Below are positions 1-15,000 of a stretch of 64,000 bases of DNA, one piece after another. The stretch comes from Lytechinus pictus. Its lineage: Eukaryota. The translations under genes and the position numbers were made by a program. Positions within the stretch are counted from its first letter, which is position 1. The number at the start of each line of letters is the position of its first letter. The stretch spans positions 12,774,001-12,838,000 of the forward strand of contig NC_087252.1 in NCBI RefSeq assembly GCF_037042905.1, read 5' to 3'. The notes beneath the pieces were generated by a model, which had not been told where the DNA came from, made no database searches, and worked only from the letters and a program-made list of their open reading frames with translations.

Positions 1-3000
1 ACAAAGGTAGGCGTAGCTTAAATCAAGGTTCCCCTGAGCTATCTACCCTTTGGAAAAATTGGTGATGCCGAAAAAATGTCTCTGCCGGGAATCGAACCCA
101 GGCCCCCAGCTTTGAACGCCGGTGCCTTAACCACTAGACCACAGAGACGGGTTAGTGGCTAGGGCGACCCCGATCCGATTGACCGTCAGATAGACATATT
201 TTCGACTCCATGCCAATTATAATTTCCTTTGTCGGGTGAAGGTGGGTTTTGAACAATGACAAGCCGCAATGCCTCAGCTGGATCAAAGCTATTGCTTCGA
301 TACAGTACACGTATGGGAGAATACATACAAATGTGTAAAGTTATACATGTACAACAGCTTTTGGCAACTCTTTTTTATTTAAATATTGTAAAGAATGGAT
401 GAAGAGAACAAAGGTAGGCGTAGCTTAAATCAAGGTTCCCCAGAGCTATCTACCCTTTGGAAAAATTGGTGATGCCGGAAAAATGTCTCTGCCGGGAATC
501 GAACCCGGGCCCCCAGCTTTGAACGCCGGTGCCTTAACCACTAGACCACAGAGACGGGTTAGTGGCTAGGGCGACCCCGATCCGATTGACCGTCAGATAG
601 ACAGATTTTCGACACCATGCCAATTATAATTTCCTTTGTCGGGTGAAGGTGGGTTTTGAACAATGACAAGCCGCCATGCCTCAGCTGGATCAAAGCTATT
701 GCTTCGATACAGTACACGTATGGGAGAATACATACAAATGTGTAAAGTTATACATGTACAACAGCTTTTGGCAACTCTTTTTTTTTTAAATATTGTAAAG
801 AATGGATGAAGAGAACAAAGGTAGGCGTAGCTTAAATTAAGGTTCCCCAGAGCTATCTACCCTTTGGAAAAATTGGTGATGCCGAAAAAAGGTCTCTGCC
901 GGGAATCGAACCCGGGCCCCCAGCTTTGAACGCCGGTGCCTTAACCACTAGACCACAGAGACGGGTTAGTGGCTAGGGCGACCCCGATCCGATTGACCGT
1001 CAGATAGACAGATTTTCGACTCCATGCCAATTATAATTTCCTTTGTCGGGTGAAGGTGGGTTTTGAACAATGACAAGCCGCCATGCCTCAGCTGGATCAA
1101 AGCTATTGCTTCGATACAGTACACGTATGGGAGAATACATACAAATGTGTAAAGTTATACATGTACAACAGCTTTTGGCAACTCTTTTTTATTTAAATAT
1201 TGTAAAGAATGGATGAAGAGAACAAAGGTAGGCGAGCTATCTACCCTTTGGAAAAATTGGTGATGCCGAAAAAATGTCTCTGCCGGGAATCGAACCCGGG
1301 CCCCCAGCTTTGAACGCCGGTGCCTTAACCACTAGACCACAGAGACGGGTTAGTGGCTAGGGCGACCCCGATCCGATTGACCGTCAGATAGACAGATTTT
1401 CGACACCATGCCAATTATAATTTCCTTTGTCGGGTGAAGGTGGGTTTTGAACAATGACAAGCCGCCATGCCTCAGCTGGATCAAAGCTATTGCTTCGATA
1501 CAGTACACGTATGGGAGAATACATACAAATGTGTAAATTTATACATGTACAACAGCTTTTGGCAACTCTTTTTTAATTAAATATTGTAAAGAATGGATGA
1601 AGAGAACAAAGGTAGGCGTAGCTTAAATCAAGGTTCCCCAGAGCTATCTACCCTTTGGAAAAATTGGTGATGCCGAAAAAATGTCTCTGCCGGGAATCGA
1701 ACCCGGGCCCCCAGCTTTGAACGCCGGTGCCTTAACCACTAGACCACAGAGACGGGTTAGTGGCTAGGGCGACCCCGATCCGATTGACCGTCAGATAGAC
1801 AGATTTTCGACACCATGCCAATTATAATTTCCTTTGTCGGGTGAAGGTGGGTTTTGAACAATGACAAGCCGCCATGCCTCAGCTGGATCAAAGCTATTGC
1901 TTCGATACAGTACACGTATGGGAGAATACATACAAATGTGTAAAGTTATACATGTACAACAGCTTTTGGCACCTCTTTTTTTTTTGTATATTGTAAAGAA
2001 TGGATGAAGAGAACAAAGGTAGGCGTAGCTTAAATCAAGGTTCCCCTGAGCTATCTACCCTTTGGAAAAATTGGTGATGCCGAAAAAATGTCTCTGCCGG
2101 GAATCGAACCCAGGCCCCCAGCTTTGAACGCCGGTGCCTTAACCACTAGACCACAGAGACGGGTTAGTGGCTAGGGCGACCCCGATCCGATTGACCGTCA
2201 GATAGACATATTTTCGACTCCATGCCAATTATAATTTCCTTTGTCGGGTGAAGGTGGGTTTTGAACAATGACAAGCCGCAATGCCTCAGCTGGATCAAAG
2301 CTATTGCTTCGATACAGTACACGTATGGGAGAATACATACAAATGTGTAAAGTTATACATGTACAACAGCTTTTGGCAACTCTTTTTTATTTAAATATTG
2401 TAAAGAATGGATGAAGAGAACAAAGGTAGGCGTAGCTTAAATCAAGGTTCCCCAGAGCTATCTACCCTTTGGAAAAATTGGTGATGCCGGAAAAATGTCT
2501 CTGCCGGGAATCGAACCCGGGCCCCCAGCTTTGAACGCCGGTGCCTTAACCACTAGACCACAGAGACGGGTTAGTGGCTAGGGCGACCCCGATCCGATTG
2601 ACCGTCAGATAGACAGATTTTTGACACCATGCCAATTATAATTTCCTTGTCGGGTGAAGGTGGGTTTTGAACAATGACAAGCCGCCATGCCTCAGCTGGA
2701 TCAAAGCTATTTCTTCGATACAGTGCACGTATCGGAGAATACATACAAATGTGTAAAGTTATACATGTACAACAGCTTTTGGCAACTCTTTTTTTTTTAA
2801 ATATTGTAAAGAATGGATGAAGAGAACAAAGGTAGGCGTAGCTTAAATTAAGGTTCCCCAGAGCTATCTACCCTTTGGAAAAATTGGTGATGCCGAAAAA
2901 AGGTCTCTGCCGGGAATCGAACCCGGGCCCCCAGCTTTGAACGCCGGTGCCTTAACCACTAGACCACAGAGACGGGTTAGTGGCTAGGGCGACCCCGATC

Positions 3001-6000
3001 CGATTGACCGTCAGATAGACAGATTTTCGACACCATGCCAATTATAATTTCCTTTGTCGGGTGAAGGTGGGTTTTGAACAATGACAAGCCGCCATGCCTC
3101 AGCTGGATCAAAGCTATTGCTTCGATACAGTACACGTATGGGAGAATACATACAAATGTGTAAATTTATACATGTACAACAGCTTTTGGCAACTCTTTTT
3201 TAATTAAATATTGTAAAGAATGGATGAAGAGAACAAAGGTAGGCGTAGCTTAAATCAAGGTTCCCCAGAGCTATCTACCCTTTGGAAAAATTGGTGATGC
3301 CGAAAAAATGTCTCTGCCGGGAATCGAACCCGGGCCCCCAGCTTTGAACGCCGGTGCCTTAACCACTAGACCACAGAGACGGGTTAGTGGCTAGGGCGAC
3401 CCCGATCCGATTGACCGTCAGATAGACAGATTTTCGACACCATGCCAATTATAATTTCCTTTGTCGGGTGAAGGTGGGTTTTGAACAATGACAAGCCGCC
3501 ATGCCTCAGCTGGATCAAAGCTATTGCTTCGATACAGTACACGTATGGGAGAATACATACAAATGTGTAAAGTTATACATGTACAACAGCTTTTGGCACC
3601 TCTTTTTTTTTTGTATATTGTAAAGAATGGATGAAGAGAACAAAGGTAGGCGTAGCTTAAATCAAGGTTCCCCTGAGCTATCTACCCTTTGGAAAAATTG
3701 GTGATGCCGAAAAAATGTCTCTGCCGGGAATCGAACCCAGGCCCCCAGCTTTGAACGCCGGTGCCTTAACCACTAGACCACAGAGACGGGTTAGTGGCTA
3801 GGGCGACCCCGATCCGATTGACCGTCAGATAGACATATTTTCGACTCCATGCCAATTATAATTTCCTTTGTCGGGTGAAGGTGGGTTTTGAACAATGACA
3901 AGCCGCAATGCCTCAGCTGGATCAAAGCTATTGCTTCGATACAGTACACGTATGGGAGAATACATACAAATGTGTAAAGTTATACATGTACAACAGCTTT
4001 TGGCAACTCTTTTTTATTTAAATATTGTAAAGAATGGATGAAGAGAACAAAGGTAGGCGTAGCTTAAATCAAGGTTCCCCAGAGCTATCTACCCTTTGGA
4101 AAAATTGGTGATGCCGAAAAAATGTCTCTGCCGGGAATCGAACCCGGGCCCCCAGCTTTGAACGCCGGTGCCTTAACCACTAGACCACAGAGACGGGTTA
4201 GTGGCTAGGGCGACCCCGATCCGATTGACCGTCAGATAGACAGATTTTCGACACCATGCCAATTATAATTTCCTTTGTCGGGTGAAGGTGGGTTTTGAAC
4301 AATGACAAGCCGCCATGCCTCAGCTGGATCAAAGCTATTGCTTCGATACAGTACACGTATGGGAGAATACATACAAATGTGTAAAGTTATACATGTACAA
4401 CAGCTTTTGGCAACTCTTTTTTATTTAAATATTGTAAAGAATGGATGAAGAGAACAAAGGTAGGCGTAGCTTAAATCAAGGTTCCCCAGAGCTATCTACC
4501 CTTTGGAAAAATTGGTGATGCCGGAAAAATGTCTCTGCCGGGAATCGAACCCGGGCCCCCAGCTTTGAACGCCGGTGCCTTAACCACTAGACCACAGAGA
4601 CGGGTTAGTGGCTAGGGCGACCCCGATCCGATTGACCGTCAGATAGACAGATTTTTGACACCATGCCAATTATAATTTCCTTGTCGGGTGAAGGTGGGTT
4701 TTGAACAATGACAAGCCGCCATGCCTCAGCTGGATCAAAGCTATTTCTTCGATACAGTGCACGTATCGGAGAATACATACAAATGTGTAAAGTTATACAT
4801 GTACAACAGCTTTTGGCAACTCTTTTTTTTTAAATATTGTAAAGAATGGATGAAGAGAACAAAGGTAGGCGTAGCTTAAATTAAGGTTCCCCAGAGCTAT
4901 CTACCCTTTGGAAAAATTGGTGATGCCGAAAAAAGGTCTCTGCCGGGAATCGAACCCGGGCCCCCAGCTTTGAACGCCGGTGCCTTAACCACTAGACCAC
5001 AGAGACGGGTTAGTGGCTAGGGCGACCCCGATCCGATTGACCGTCAGATAGACAGATTTTCGACTCCATGCCAATTATAATTTCCTTTGTCGGGTGAAGG
5101 TGGGTTTTGAACAATGACAAGCCGCCATGCCTCAGCTGGATCAAAGCTATTGCTTCGATACAGTACACGTATGGGAGAATACATACAAATGTGTAAAGTT
5201 ATACATGTACAACAGCTTTTGGCAACTCTTTTTTATTTAAATATTGTAAAGAATGAATGAAGAGAACAAAGGTAGGCGTAGCTTAAATCAAGGTTCCCCA
5301 GAGCTATCTACCCTTTGGAAAAATTGGTGATGCCGAAAAAATGTCTCTGCCGGGAATCGAACCCGGGCCCCCAGCTTTGAACGCCGGTGCCTTAACCACT
5401 AGACCACAGAGACGGGTTAGTGGCTAGGGCGACCCCGATCCGATTGACCGTCAGATAGACAGATTTTCGACACCATGCCAATTATAATTTCCTTTGTCGG
5501 GTGAAGGTGGGTTTTGAACAATGACAAGCCGCCATGCCTCAGCTGGATCAAAGCTATTGCTTCGATACAGTACACGTATGGGAGAATACATACAAATGTG
5601 TAAATTTATACATGTACAACAGCTTTTGGCAACTCTTTTTTAATTAAATATTGTAAAGAATGGATGAAGAGAACAAAGGTAGGCGTAGCTTAAATCAAGG
5701 TTCCCCAGAGCTATCTACCCTTTGGAAAAATTGGTGATGCCGAAAAAATGTCTCTGCCGGGAATCGAACCCGGGCCCCCAGCTTTGAACGCCGGTGCCTT
5801 AACCACTAGACCACAGAGACGGGTTAGTGGCTAGGGCGACCCCGATCCGATTGACCGTCAGATAGACAGATTTTCGACACCATGCCAATTATAATTTCCT
5901 TTGTCGGGTGAAGGTGGGTTTTGAACAATGACAAGCCGCCATGCCTCAGCTGGATCAAAGCTATTGCTTCGATACAGTACACGTATGGGAGAATACATAC

Positions 6001-9000
6001 AAATGTGTAAAGTTATACATGTACAACAGCTTTTGGCACCTCTTTTTTTTTGTATATTGTAAAGAATGGATGAAGAGAACAAAGGTAGGCGTAGCTTAAA
6101 TCAAGGTTCCCCTGAGCTATCTACCCTTTGGAAAAATTGGTGATGCCGAAAAAATGTCTCTGCCGGGAATCGAACCCAGGCCCCCAGCTTTGAACGCCGG
6201 TGCCTTAACCACTAGACCACAGAGACGGGTTAGTGGCTAGGGCGACCCCGATCCGATTGACCGTCAGATAGACATATTTTCGACTCCATGCCAATTATAA
6301 TTTCCTTTGTCGGGTGAAGGTGGGTTTTGAACAATGACAAGCCGCAATGCCTCAGCTGGATCAAAGCTATTGCTTCGATACAGTACACGTATGGGAGAAT
6401 ACATACAAATGTGTAAAGTTATACATGTACAACAGCTTTTGGCAACTCTTTTTTATTTAAATATTGTAAAGAATGGATGAAGAGAACAAAGGTAGGCGTA
6501 GCTTAAATCAAGGTTCCCCAGAGCTATCTACCCTTTGGAAAAATTGGTGATGCCGAAAAAATGTCTCTGCCGGGAATCGAACCCGGGCCCCCAGCTTTGA
6601 ACGCCGGTGCCTTAACCACTAGACCACAGAGACGGGTTAGTGGCTAGGGCGACCCCGATCCGATTGACCGTCAGATAGACAGATTTTCGACACCATGCCA
6701 ATTATAATTTCCTTTGTCGGGTGAAGGTGGGTTTTGAACAATGACAAGCCGCCATGCCTCAGCTGGATCAAAGCTATTGCTTCGATACAGTACACGTATG
6801 GGAGAATACATACAAATGTGTAAATTTATACATGTACAACAGCTTTTGGCAACTCTTTTTTAATTAAATATTGTAAAGAATGGATGAAGAGAACAAAGGT
6901 AGGCGTAGCTTAAATCAAGGTTCCCCAGAGCTATCTACCCTTTGGAAAAATTGGTGATGCCGAAAAAATGTCTCTGCCGGGAATCGAACCCGGGCCCCCA
7001 GCTTTGAACGCCGGTGCCTTAACCACTAGACCACAGAGACGGGTTAGTGGCTAGGGCGACCCCGATCCGATTGACCGTCAGATAGACAGATTTTCGACAC
7101 CATGCCAATTATAATTTCCTTTGTCGGGTGAAGGTGGGTTTTGAACAATGACAAGCCGCCATGCCTCAGCTGGATCAAAGCTATTGCTTCGATACAGTAC
7201 ACGTATGGGAGAATACATACAAATGTGTAAAGTTATACATGTACAACAGCTTTTGGCAACTCTTTTTTATTTAAATATTGTAAAGAATGAATGAAGAGAA
7301 CAAAGGTAGGCGTAGCTTAAATCAAGGTTCCCCAGAGCTATCTACCCTTTGGAAAAATTGGTGATGCCGAAAAAATGTCTCTGCCGGGAATCGAACCCGG
7401 GCCCCCAGCTTTGAACGCCGGTGCCTTAACCACTAGACCACAGAGACGGGTTAGTGGCTAGGGCGACCCCGATCCGATTGACCGTCAGATAGACAGATTT
7501 TCGACACCATGCCAATTATAATTTCCTTTGTCGGGTGAAGGTGGGTTTTGAACAATGACAAGCCGCCATGCCTCAGCTGGATCAAAGCTATTGCTTCGAT
7601 ACAGTACACGTATGGGAGAATACATACAAATGTGTAAATTTATACATGTACAACAGCTTTTGGCAACTCTTTTTTAATTAAATATTGTAAAGAATGGATG
7701 AAGAGAACAAAGGTAGGCGTAGCTTAAATCAAGGTTCCCCAGAGCTATCTACCCTTTGGAAAAATTGGTGATGCCGAAAAAATGTCTCTGCCGGGAATCG
7801 AACCCGGGCCCCCAGCTTTGAACGCCGGTGCCTTAACCACTAGACCACAGAGACGGGTTAGTGGCTAGGGCGACCCCGATCCGATTGACCGTCAGATAGA
7901 CAGATTTTCGACACCATGCCAATTATAATTTCCTTTGTCGGGTGAAGGTGGGTTTTGAACAATGACAAGCCGCCATGCCTCAGCTGGATCAAAGCTATTG
8001 CTTCGATACAGTACACGTATGGGAGAATACATACAAATGTGTAAAGTTATACATGTACAACAGCTTTTGGCACCTCTTTTTTTTTGTATATTGTAAAGAA
8101 TGGATGAAGAGAACAAAGGTAGGCGTAGCTTAAATCAAGGTTCCCCTGAGCTATCTACCCTTTGGAAAAATTGGTGATGCCGAAAAAATGTCTCTGCCGG
8201 GAATCGAACCCAGGCCCCCAGCTTTGAACGCCGGTGCCTTAACCACTAGACCACAGAGACGGGTTAGTGGCTAGGGCGACCCCGATCCGATTGACCGTCA
8301 GATAGACATATTTTCGACTCCATGCCAATTATAATTTCCTTTGTCGGGTGAAGGTGGGTTTTGAACAATGACAAGCCGCAATGCCTCAGCTGGATCAAAG
8401 CTATTGCTTCGATACAGTACACGTATGGGAGAATACATACAAATGTGTAAAGTTATACATGTACAACAGCTTTTGGCAACTCTTTTTTATTTAAATATTG
8501 TAAAGAATGGATGAAGAGAACAAAGGTAGGCGTAGCTTAAATCAAGGTTCCCCAGAGCTATCTACCCTTTGGAAAAATTGGTGATGCCGAAAAAATGTCT
8601 CTGCCGGGAATCGAACCCGGGCCCCCAGCTTTGAACGCCGGTGCCTTAACCACTAGACCACAGAGACGGGTTAGTGGCTAGGGCGACCCCGATCCGATTG
8701 ACCGTCAGATAGACAGATTTTCGACACCATGCCAATTATAATTTCCTTTGTCGGGTGAAGGTGGGTTTTGAACAATGACAAGCCGCCATGCCTCAGCTGG
8801 ATCAAAGCTATTGCTTCGATACAGTACACGTATGGGAGAATACATACAAATGTGTAAATTTATACATGTACAACAGCTTTTGGCAACTCTTTTTTAATTA
8901 AATATTGTAAAGAATGGATGAAGAGAACAAAGGTAGGCGTAGCTTAAATCAAGGTTCCCCAGAGCTATCTACCCTTTGGAAAAATTGGTGATGCCGAAAA

Positions 9001-12000
9001 AATGTCTCTGCCGGGAATCGAACCCGGGCCCCCAGCTTTGAACGCCGGTGCCTTAACCACTAGACCACAGAGACGGGTTAGTGGCTAGGGCGACCCCGAT
9101 CCGATTGACCGTCAGATAGACAGATTTTCGACACCATGCCAATTATAATTTCCTTTGTCGGGTGAAGGTGGGTTTTGAACAATGACAAGCCGCCATGCCT
9201 CAGCTGGATCAAAGCTATTGCTTCGATACAGTACACGTATGGGAGAATACATACAAATGTGTAAAGTTATACATGTACAACAGCTTTTGGCACCTCTTTT
9301 TTTTTGTATATTGTAAAGAATGGATGAAGAGAACAAAGGTAGGCGTAGCTTAAATCAAGGTTCCCCTGAGCTATCTACCCTTTGGAAAAATTGGTGATGC
9401 CGAAAAAATGTCTCTGCCGGGAATCGAACCCAGGCCCCCAGCTTTGAACGCCGGTGCCTTAACCACTAGACCACAGAGACGGGTTAGTGGCTAGGGCGAC
9501 CCCGATCCGATTGACCGTCAGATAGACATATTTTCGACTCCATGCCAATTATAATTTCCTTTGTCGGGTGAAGGTGGGTTTTGAACAATGACAAGCCGCA
9601 ATGCCTCAGCTGGATCAAAGCTATTGCTTCGATACAGTACACGTATGGGAGAATACATACAAATGTGTAAAGTTATACATGTACAACAGCTTTTGGCAAC
9701 TTTTTTTTATTTAAATATTGTAAAGAATGGATGAAGAGAACAAAGGTAGGCGTAGCTTAAATCAAGGTTCCCCAGAGCTATCTACCCTTTGGAAAAATTG
9801 GTGATGCCGGAAAAATGTCTCTGCCGGGAATCGAACCCGGGCCCCCAGCTTTGAACGCCGGTGCCTTAACCACTAGACCACAGAGACGGGTTAGTGGCTA
9901 GGGCGACCCCGATCCGATTGACCGTCAGATAGACAGATTTTTGACACCATGCCAATTATAATTTCCTTGTCGGGTGAAGGTGGGTTTTGAACAATGACAA
10001 GCCGCCATGCCTCAGCTGGATCAAAGCTATTTCTTCGATACAGTGCACGTATCGGAGAATACATACAAATGTGTAAAGTTATACATGTACAACAGCTTTT
10101 GGCAACTCTTTTTTTTTTAAATATTGTAAAGAATGGATGAAGAGAACAAAGGTAGGCGTAGCTTAAATTAAGGTTCCCCAGAGCTATCTACCCTTTGGAA
10201 AAATTGGTGATGCCGAAAAAAGGTCTCTGCCGGGAATCGAACCCGGGCCCCCAGCTTTGAACGCCGGTGCCTTAACCACTAGACCACAGAGACGGGTTAG
10301 TGGCTAGGGCGACCCCGATCCGATTGACCGTCAGATAGACAGATTTTCGACTCCATGCCAATTATAATTTCCTTTGTCGGGTGAAGGTGGGTTTTGAACA
10401 ATGACAAGCCGCCATGCCTCAGCTGGATCAAAGCTATTGCTTCGATACAGTACACGTATGGGAGAATACATACAAATGTGTAAAGTTATACATGTACAAC
10501 AGCTTTTGGCAACTCTTTTTTATTTAAATATTGTAAAGAATGAATGAAGAGAACAAAGGTAGGCGTAGCTTAAATCAAGGTTCCCCAGAGCTATCTACCC
10601 TTTGGAAAAATTGGTGATGCCGAAAAAATGTCTCTGCCGGGAATCGAACCCGGGCCCCCAGCTTTGAACGCCGGTGCCTTAACCACTAGACCACAGAGAC
10701 GGGTTAGTGGCTAGGGCGACCCCGATCCGATTGACCGTCAGATAGACAGATTTTCGACACCATGCCAATTATAATTTCCTTTGTCGGGTGAAGGTGGGTT
10801 TTGAACAATGACAAGCCGCCATGCCTCAGCTGGATCAAAGCTATTGCTTCGATACAGTACACGTATGGGAGAATACATACAAATGTGTAAATTTATACAT
10901 GTACAACAGCTTTTGGCAACTCTTTTTTATTTAAATATTGTAAAGAATGGATGAAGAGAACAAAGGTAGGCGTAGCTTAAATTAAGGTTCCCCAGAGCTA
11001 TCTACCCTTTGGAAAAATTGGTGATGCCGAAAAAAGGTCTCTGCCGGGAATCGAACCCGGGCCCCCAGCTTTGAACGCCGGTGCCTTAACCACTAGACCA
11101 CAGAGACGGGTTAGTGGCTAGGGCGACCCCGATCCGATTGACCGTCAGATAGACAGATTTTCGACTCCATGCCAATTATAATTTCCTTTGTCGGGTGAAG
11201 GTGGGTTTTGAACAATGACAAGCCGCCATGCCTCAGCTGGATCAAAGCTATTGCTTCGATACAGTACACGTATGGGAGAATACATACAAATGTGTAAAGT
11301 TATACATGTACAACAGCTTTTGGCAACTCTTTTTTATTTAAATATTGTAAAGAATGAATGAAGAGAACAAAGGTAGGCGTAGCTTAAATCAAGGTTCCCC
11401 AGAGCTATCTACCCTTTGGAAAAATTGGTGATGCCGAAAAAATGTCTCTGCCGGGAATCGAACCCGGGCCCCCAGCTTTGAACGCCGGTGCCTTAACCAC
11501 TAGACCACAGAGACGGGTTAGTGGCTAGGGCGACCCCGATCCGATTGACCGTCAGATAGACAGATTTTCGACACCATGCCAATTATAATTTCCTTTGTCG
11601 GGTGAAGGTGGGTTTTGAACAATGACAAGCCGCCATGCCTCAGCTGGATCAAAGCTATTGCTTCGATACAGTACACGTATGGGAGAATACATACAAATGT
11701 GTAAATTTATACATGTACAACAGCTTTTGGCAACTCTTTTTTAATTAAATATTGTAAAGAATGGATGAAGAGAACAAAGGTAGGCGTAGCTTAAATCAAG
11801 GTTCCCCAGAGCTATCTACCCTTTGGAAAAATTGGTGATGCCGAAAAAATGTCTCTGCCGGGAATCGAACCCGGGCCCCCAGCTTTGAACGCCGGTGCCT
11901 TAACCACTAGACCACAGAGACGGGTTAGTGGCTAGGGCGACCCCGATCCGATTGACCGTCAGATAGACAGATTTTCGACACCATGCCAATTATAATTTCC

Positions 12001-15000
12001 TTTGTCGGGTGAAGGTGGGTTTTGAACAATGACAAGCCGCCATGCCTCAGCTGGATCAAAGCTATTGCTTCGATACAGTACACGTATGGGAGAATACATA
12101 CAAATGTGTAAAGTTATACATGTACAACAGCTTTTGGCACCTCTTTTTTTTTGTATATTGTAAAGAATGGATGAAGAGAACAAAGGTAGGCGTAGCTTAA
12201 ATCAAGGTTCCCCTGAGCTATCTACCCTTTGGAAAAATTGGTGATGCCGAAAAAATGTCTCTGCCGGGAATCGAACCCAGGCCCCCAGCTTTGAACGCCG
12301 GTGCCTTAACCACTAGACCACAGAGACGGGTTAGTGGCTAGGGCGACCCCGATCCGATTGACCGTCAGATAGACATATTTTCGACTCCATGCCAATTATA
12401 ATTTCCTTTGTCGGGTGAAGGTGGGTTTTGAACAATGACAAGCCGCAATGCCTCAGCTGGATCAAAGCTATTGCTTCGATACAGTACACGTATGGGAGAA
12501 TACATACAAATGTGTAAAGTTATACATGTACAACAGCTTTTGGCAACTCTTTTTTATTTAAATATTGTAAAGAATGGATGAAGAGAACAAAGGTAGGCGT
12601 AGCTTAAATCAAGGTTCCCCAGAGCTATCTACCCTTTGGAAAAATTGGTGATGCCGGAAAAATGTCTCTGCCGGGAATCGAACCCGGGCCCCCAGCTTTG
12701 AACGCCGGTGCCTTAACCACTAGACCACAGAGACGGGTTAGTGGCTAGGGCGACCCCGATCCGATTGACCGTCAGATAGACAGATTTTTGACACCATGCC
12801 AATTATAATTTCCTTGTCGGGTGAAGGTGGGTTTTGAACAATGACAAGCCGCCATGCCTCAGCTGGATCAAAGCTATTTCTTCGATACAGTGCACGTATC
12901 GGAGAATACATACAAATGTGTAAAGTTATACATGTACAACAGCTTTTGGCAACTCTTTTTTTTTTTTTTATTGTAAAGAATGGATGAAGAGAACAAAGGT
13001 AGGCGTAGCTTAAATCAAGGTTCCCCTGAGCTATCTACCCTTTGGAAAAATTGGTGATGCCGAAAAAATGTCTCTGCCGGGAATCGAACCCAGGCCCCCA
13101 GCTTTGAACGCCGGTGCCTTAACCACTAGACCACAGAGACGGGTTAGTGGCTAGGGCGACCCCGATCCGATTGACCGTCAGATAGACAGATTTTCGACAC
13201 CATGCCAATTATAGTTTCCTTTGTCGGGTGAAGGTGGGTTTTGAACAATGACAAGCCGCCATGCCTCAGCTGGATCAAAGCTATTGCTTCGATACAGTAC
13301 ACGTATGGGAGAATACATACAAATGTGTAAAGTTATACATGTACAACAGCTTTTGGCAACTCTTTTTTATTTAAATATTGTAAAGAATGGATGAAGAGAA
13401 CAAAGGTAGGCGTAGCTTAAATCAAGGTTCCCCAGAGCTATCTACCCTTTGGAAAAATTGGTGATGCCGGAAAAATGTCTCTGCCGGGAATCGAACCCGG
13501 GCCCCCAGCTTTGAACGCCGGTGCCTTAACCACTAGACCACAGAGACGGGTTAGTGGCTAGGGCGACCCCGATCCGATTGACCGTCAGATAGACAGATTT
13601 TTGACACCATGCCAATTATAATTTCCTTTGTCGGGTGAAGGTGGGTTTTGAACAATGACAAGCCGCCATGCCTCAGCTGGATCAAAGCTATTTCTTCGAT
13701 ACAGTGCACGTATCGGAGAATTCATACAAATGTGTAAAGTTATACATTTACAACAGCTTTTGGCAACTCTTTTTTATTTAAATATTGTAAAGAATGGATG
13801 AAGAGAACAAAGGTAGGCGTAGCTTAAATCAAGGTTCCCCAGAGCTATCTATCCTTTGGAAAAATTGGTGATGCCGAAAAAATGTCTCTGCCGGGAATCG
13901 AACCCGGGCCCCCAGCTTTGAACGCCGGTGCCTTAACCACTAGACCACAGAGACGGGTTAGTGGCTAGGGCGACCCCGATCCGATTGACCGTCAGATAGA
14001 CAGATTTTCGACACCATGCCAATTATAATTTCCTTTGTCAGGTGAAGGTGGGTTTTGAACAATGACAAGCCGCCATGCCTCAGCTGGATCAAAGCTATTG
14101 CTTCGATACAGTACACGTATGGGAGAATACATACAAATGTGTAAAGTTATACATGTACAACAGCTTTTGGCAACTCTTTTTTATTTAAATATTGTAAAGA
14201 ATGGATGAAGAGAACAAAGGTAGGCGTAGCTTAAATCAAGGTTCCCCAGAGCTATCTACCCTTTGGAAAAATTGGTGATGCCGAAAAAATGTCTCTGCCG
14301 GGAATCGAACCCGGGCCCCCAGCTTTGAACGCCGGTGCCTTAACCACTAGACCACAGAGACGGGTTAGTGGCTAGGGCGACCCCGATCCGATTGACCGTC
14401 AGATAGACAGATTTTCGACACCATGCCAATTATAATTTCCTTTGTCGGGTGAAGGTGGGTTTTGAACAACGACAAGCCGCCATGCCTCAGCTGGATCAAA
14501 GCTATTGCTTCGATACAGTACACGTATGGGAGAATACATACAAATGTGTAAATTTATACATGTACAACAGCTTTTGGCAACTCTTTTTTATTTAAATGTT
14601 GTAAAGAATGGATGAAGAGAACAAAGGTAGGCGTAGCTTAAATCAAGGTTCCCCAGAGCTATCTACCCTTTGGAAAAATTGGTGATGCCGAAAAAATGTC
14701 TCTGCCGGGAATCGAACCCGGACCCCCAGCTTTGAACGCCGGTGCCTTAACCACTAGACCACAGAGACGGGTTAGTGGCTAGGGCGACCCCGATCCGATT
14801 GACCGTCAGATAGACAGATTTTCGACACCATGCCAATTATAATTTCCTTTGTCGGGTGAAGGTGGGTTTTGAACAATGACAAGCCGCCATGCCTCAGCTG
14901 GATCAAAGCTATTGCTTCGATACAGTACACGTATGGGAGAATACATACAAATGTGTAAAGTTATACATGTACAACAGCTTTTGGCAACTCTTTTTTATTT

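Noticed and set aside
395..470. Hammerhead ribozyme (retrozyme) in the 407-bp unit
   Set aside because: ATGAAGA...hairpin...GAAA is suggestive, but I found no CTGANGA core with stems I/III on either strand. An Infernal scan would settle it.
5858..12183. Four identical 74-aa ORFs (MFSSSILYN...)
   Set aside because: Open only in units with one particular poly-T variant; start is not ATG; no recognisable domain. A chance product of the array.
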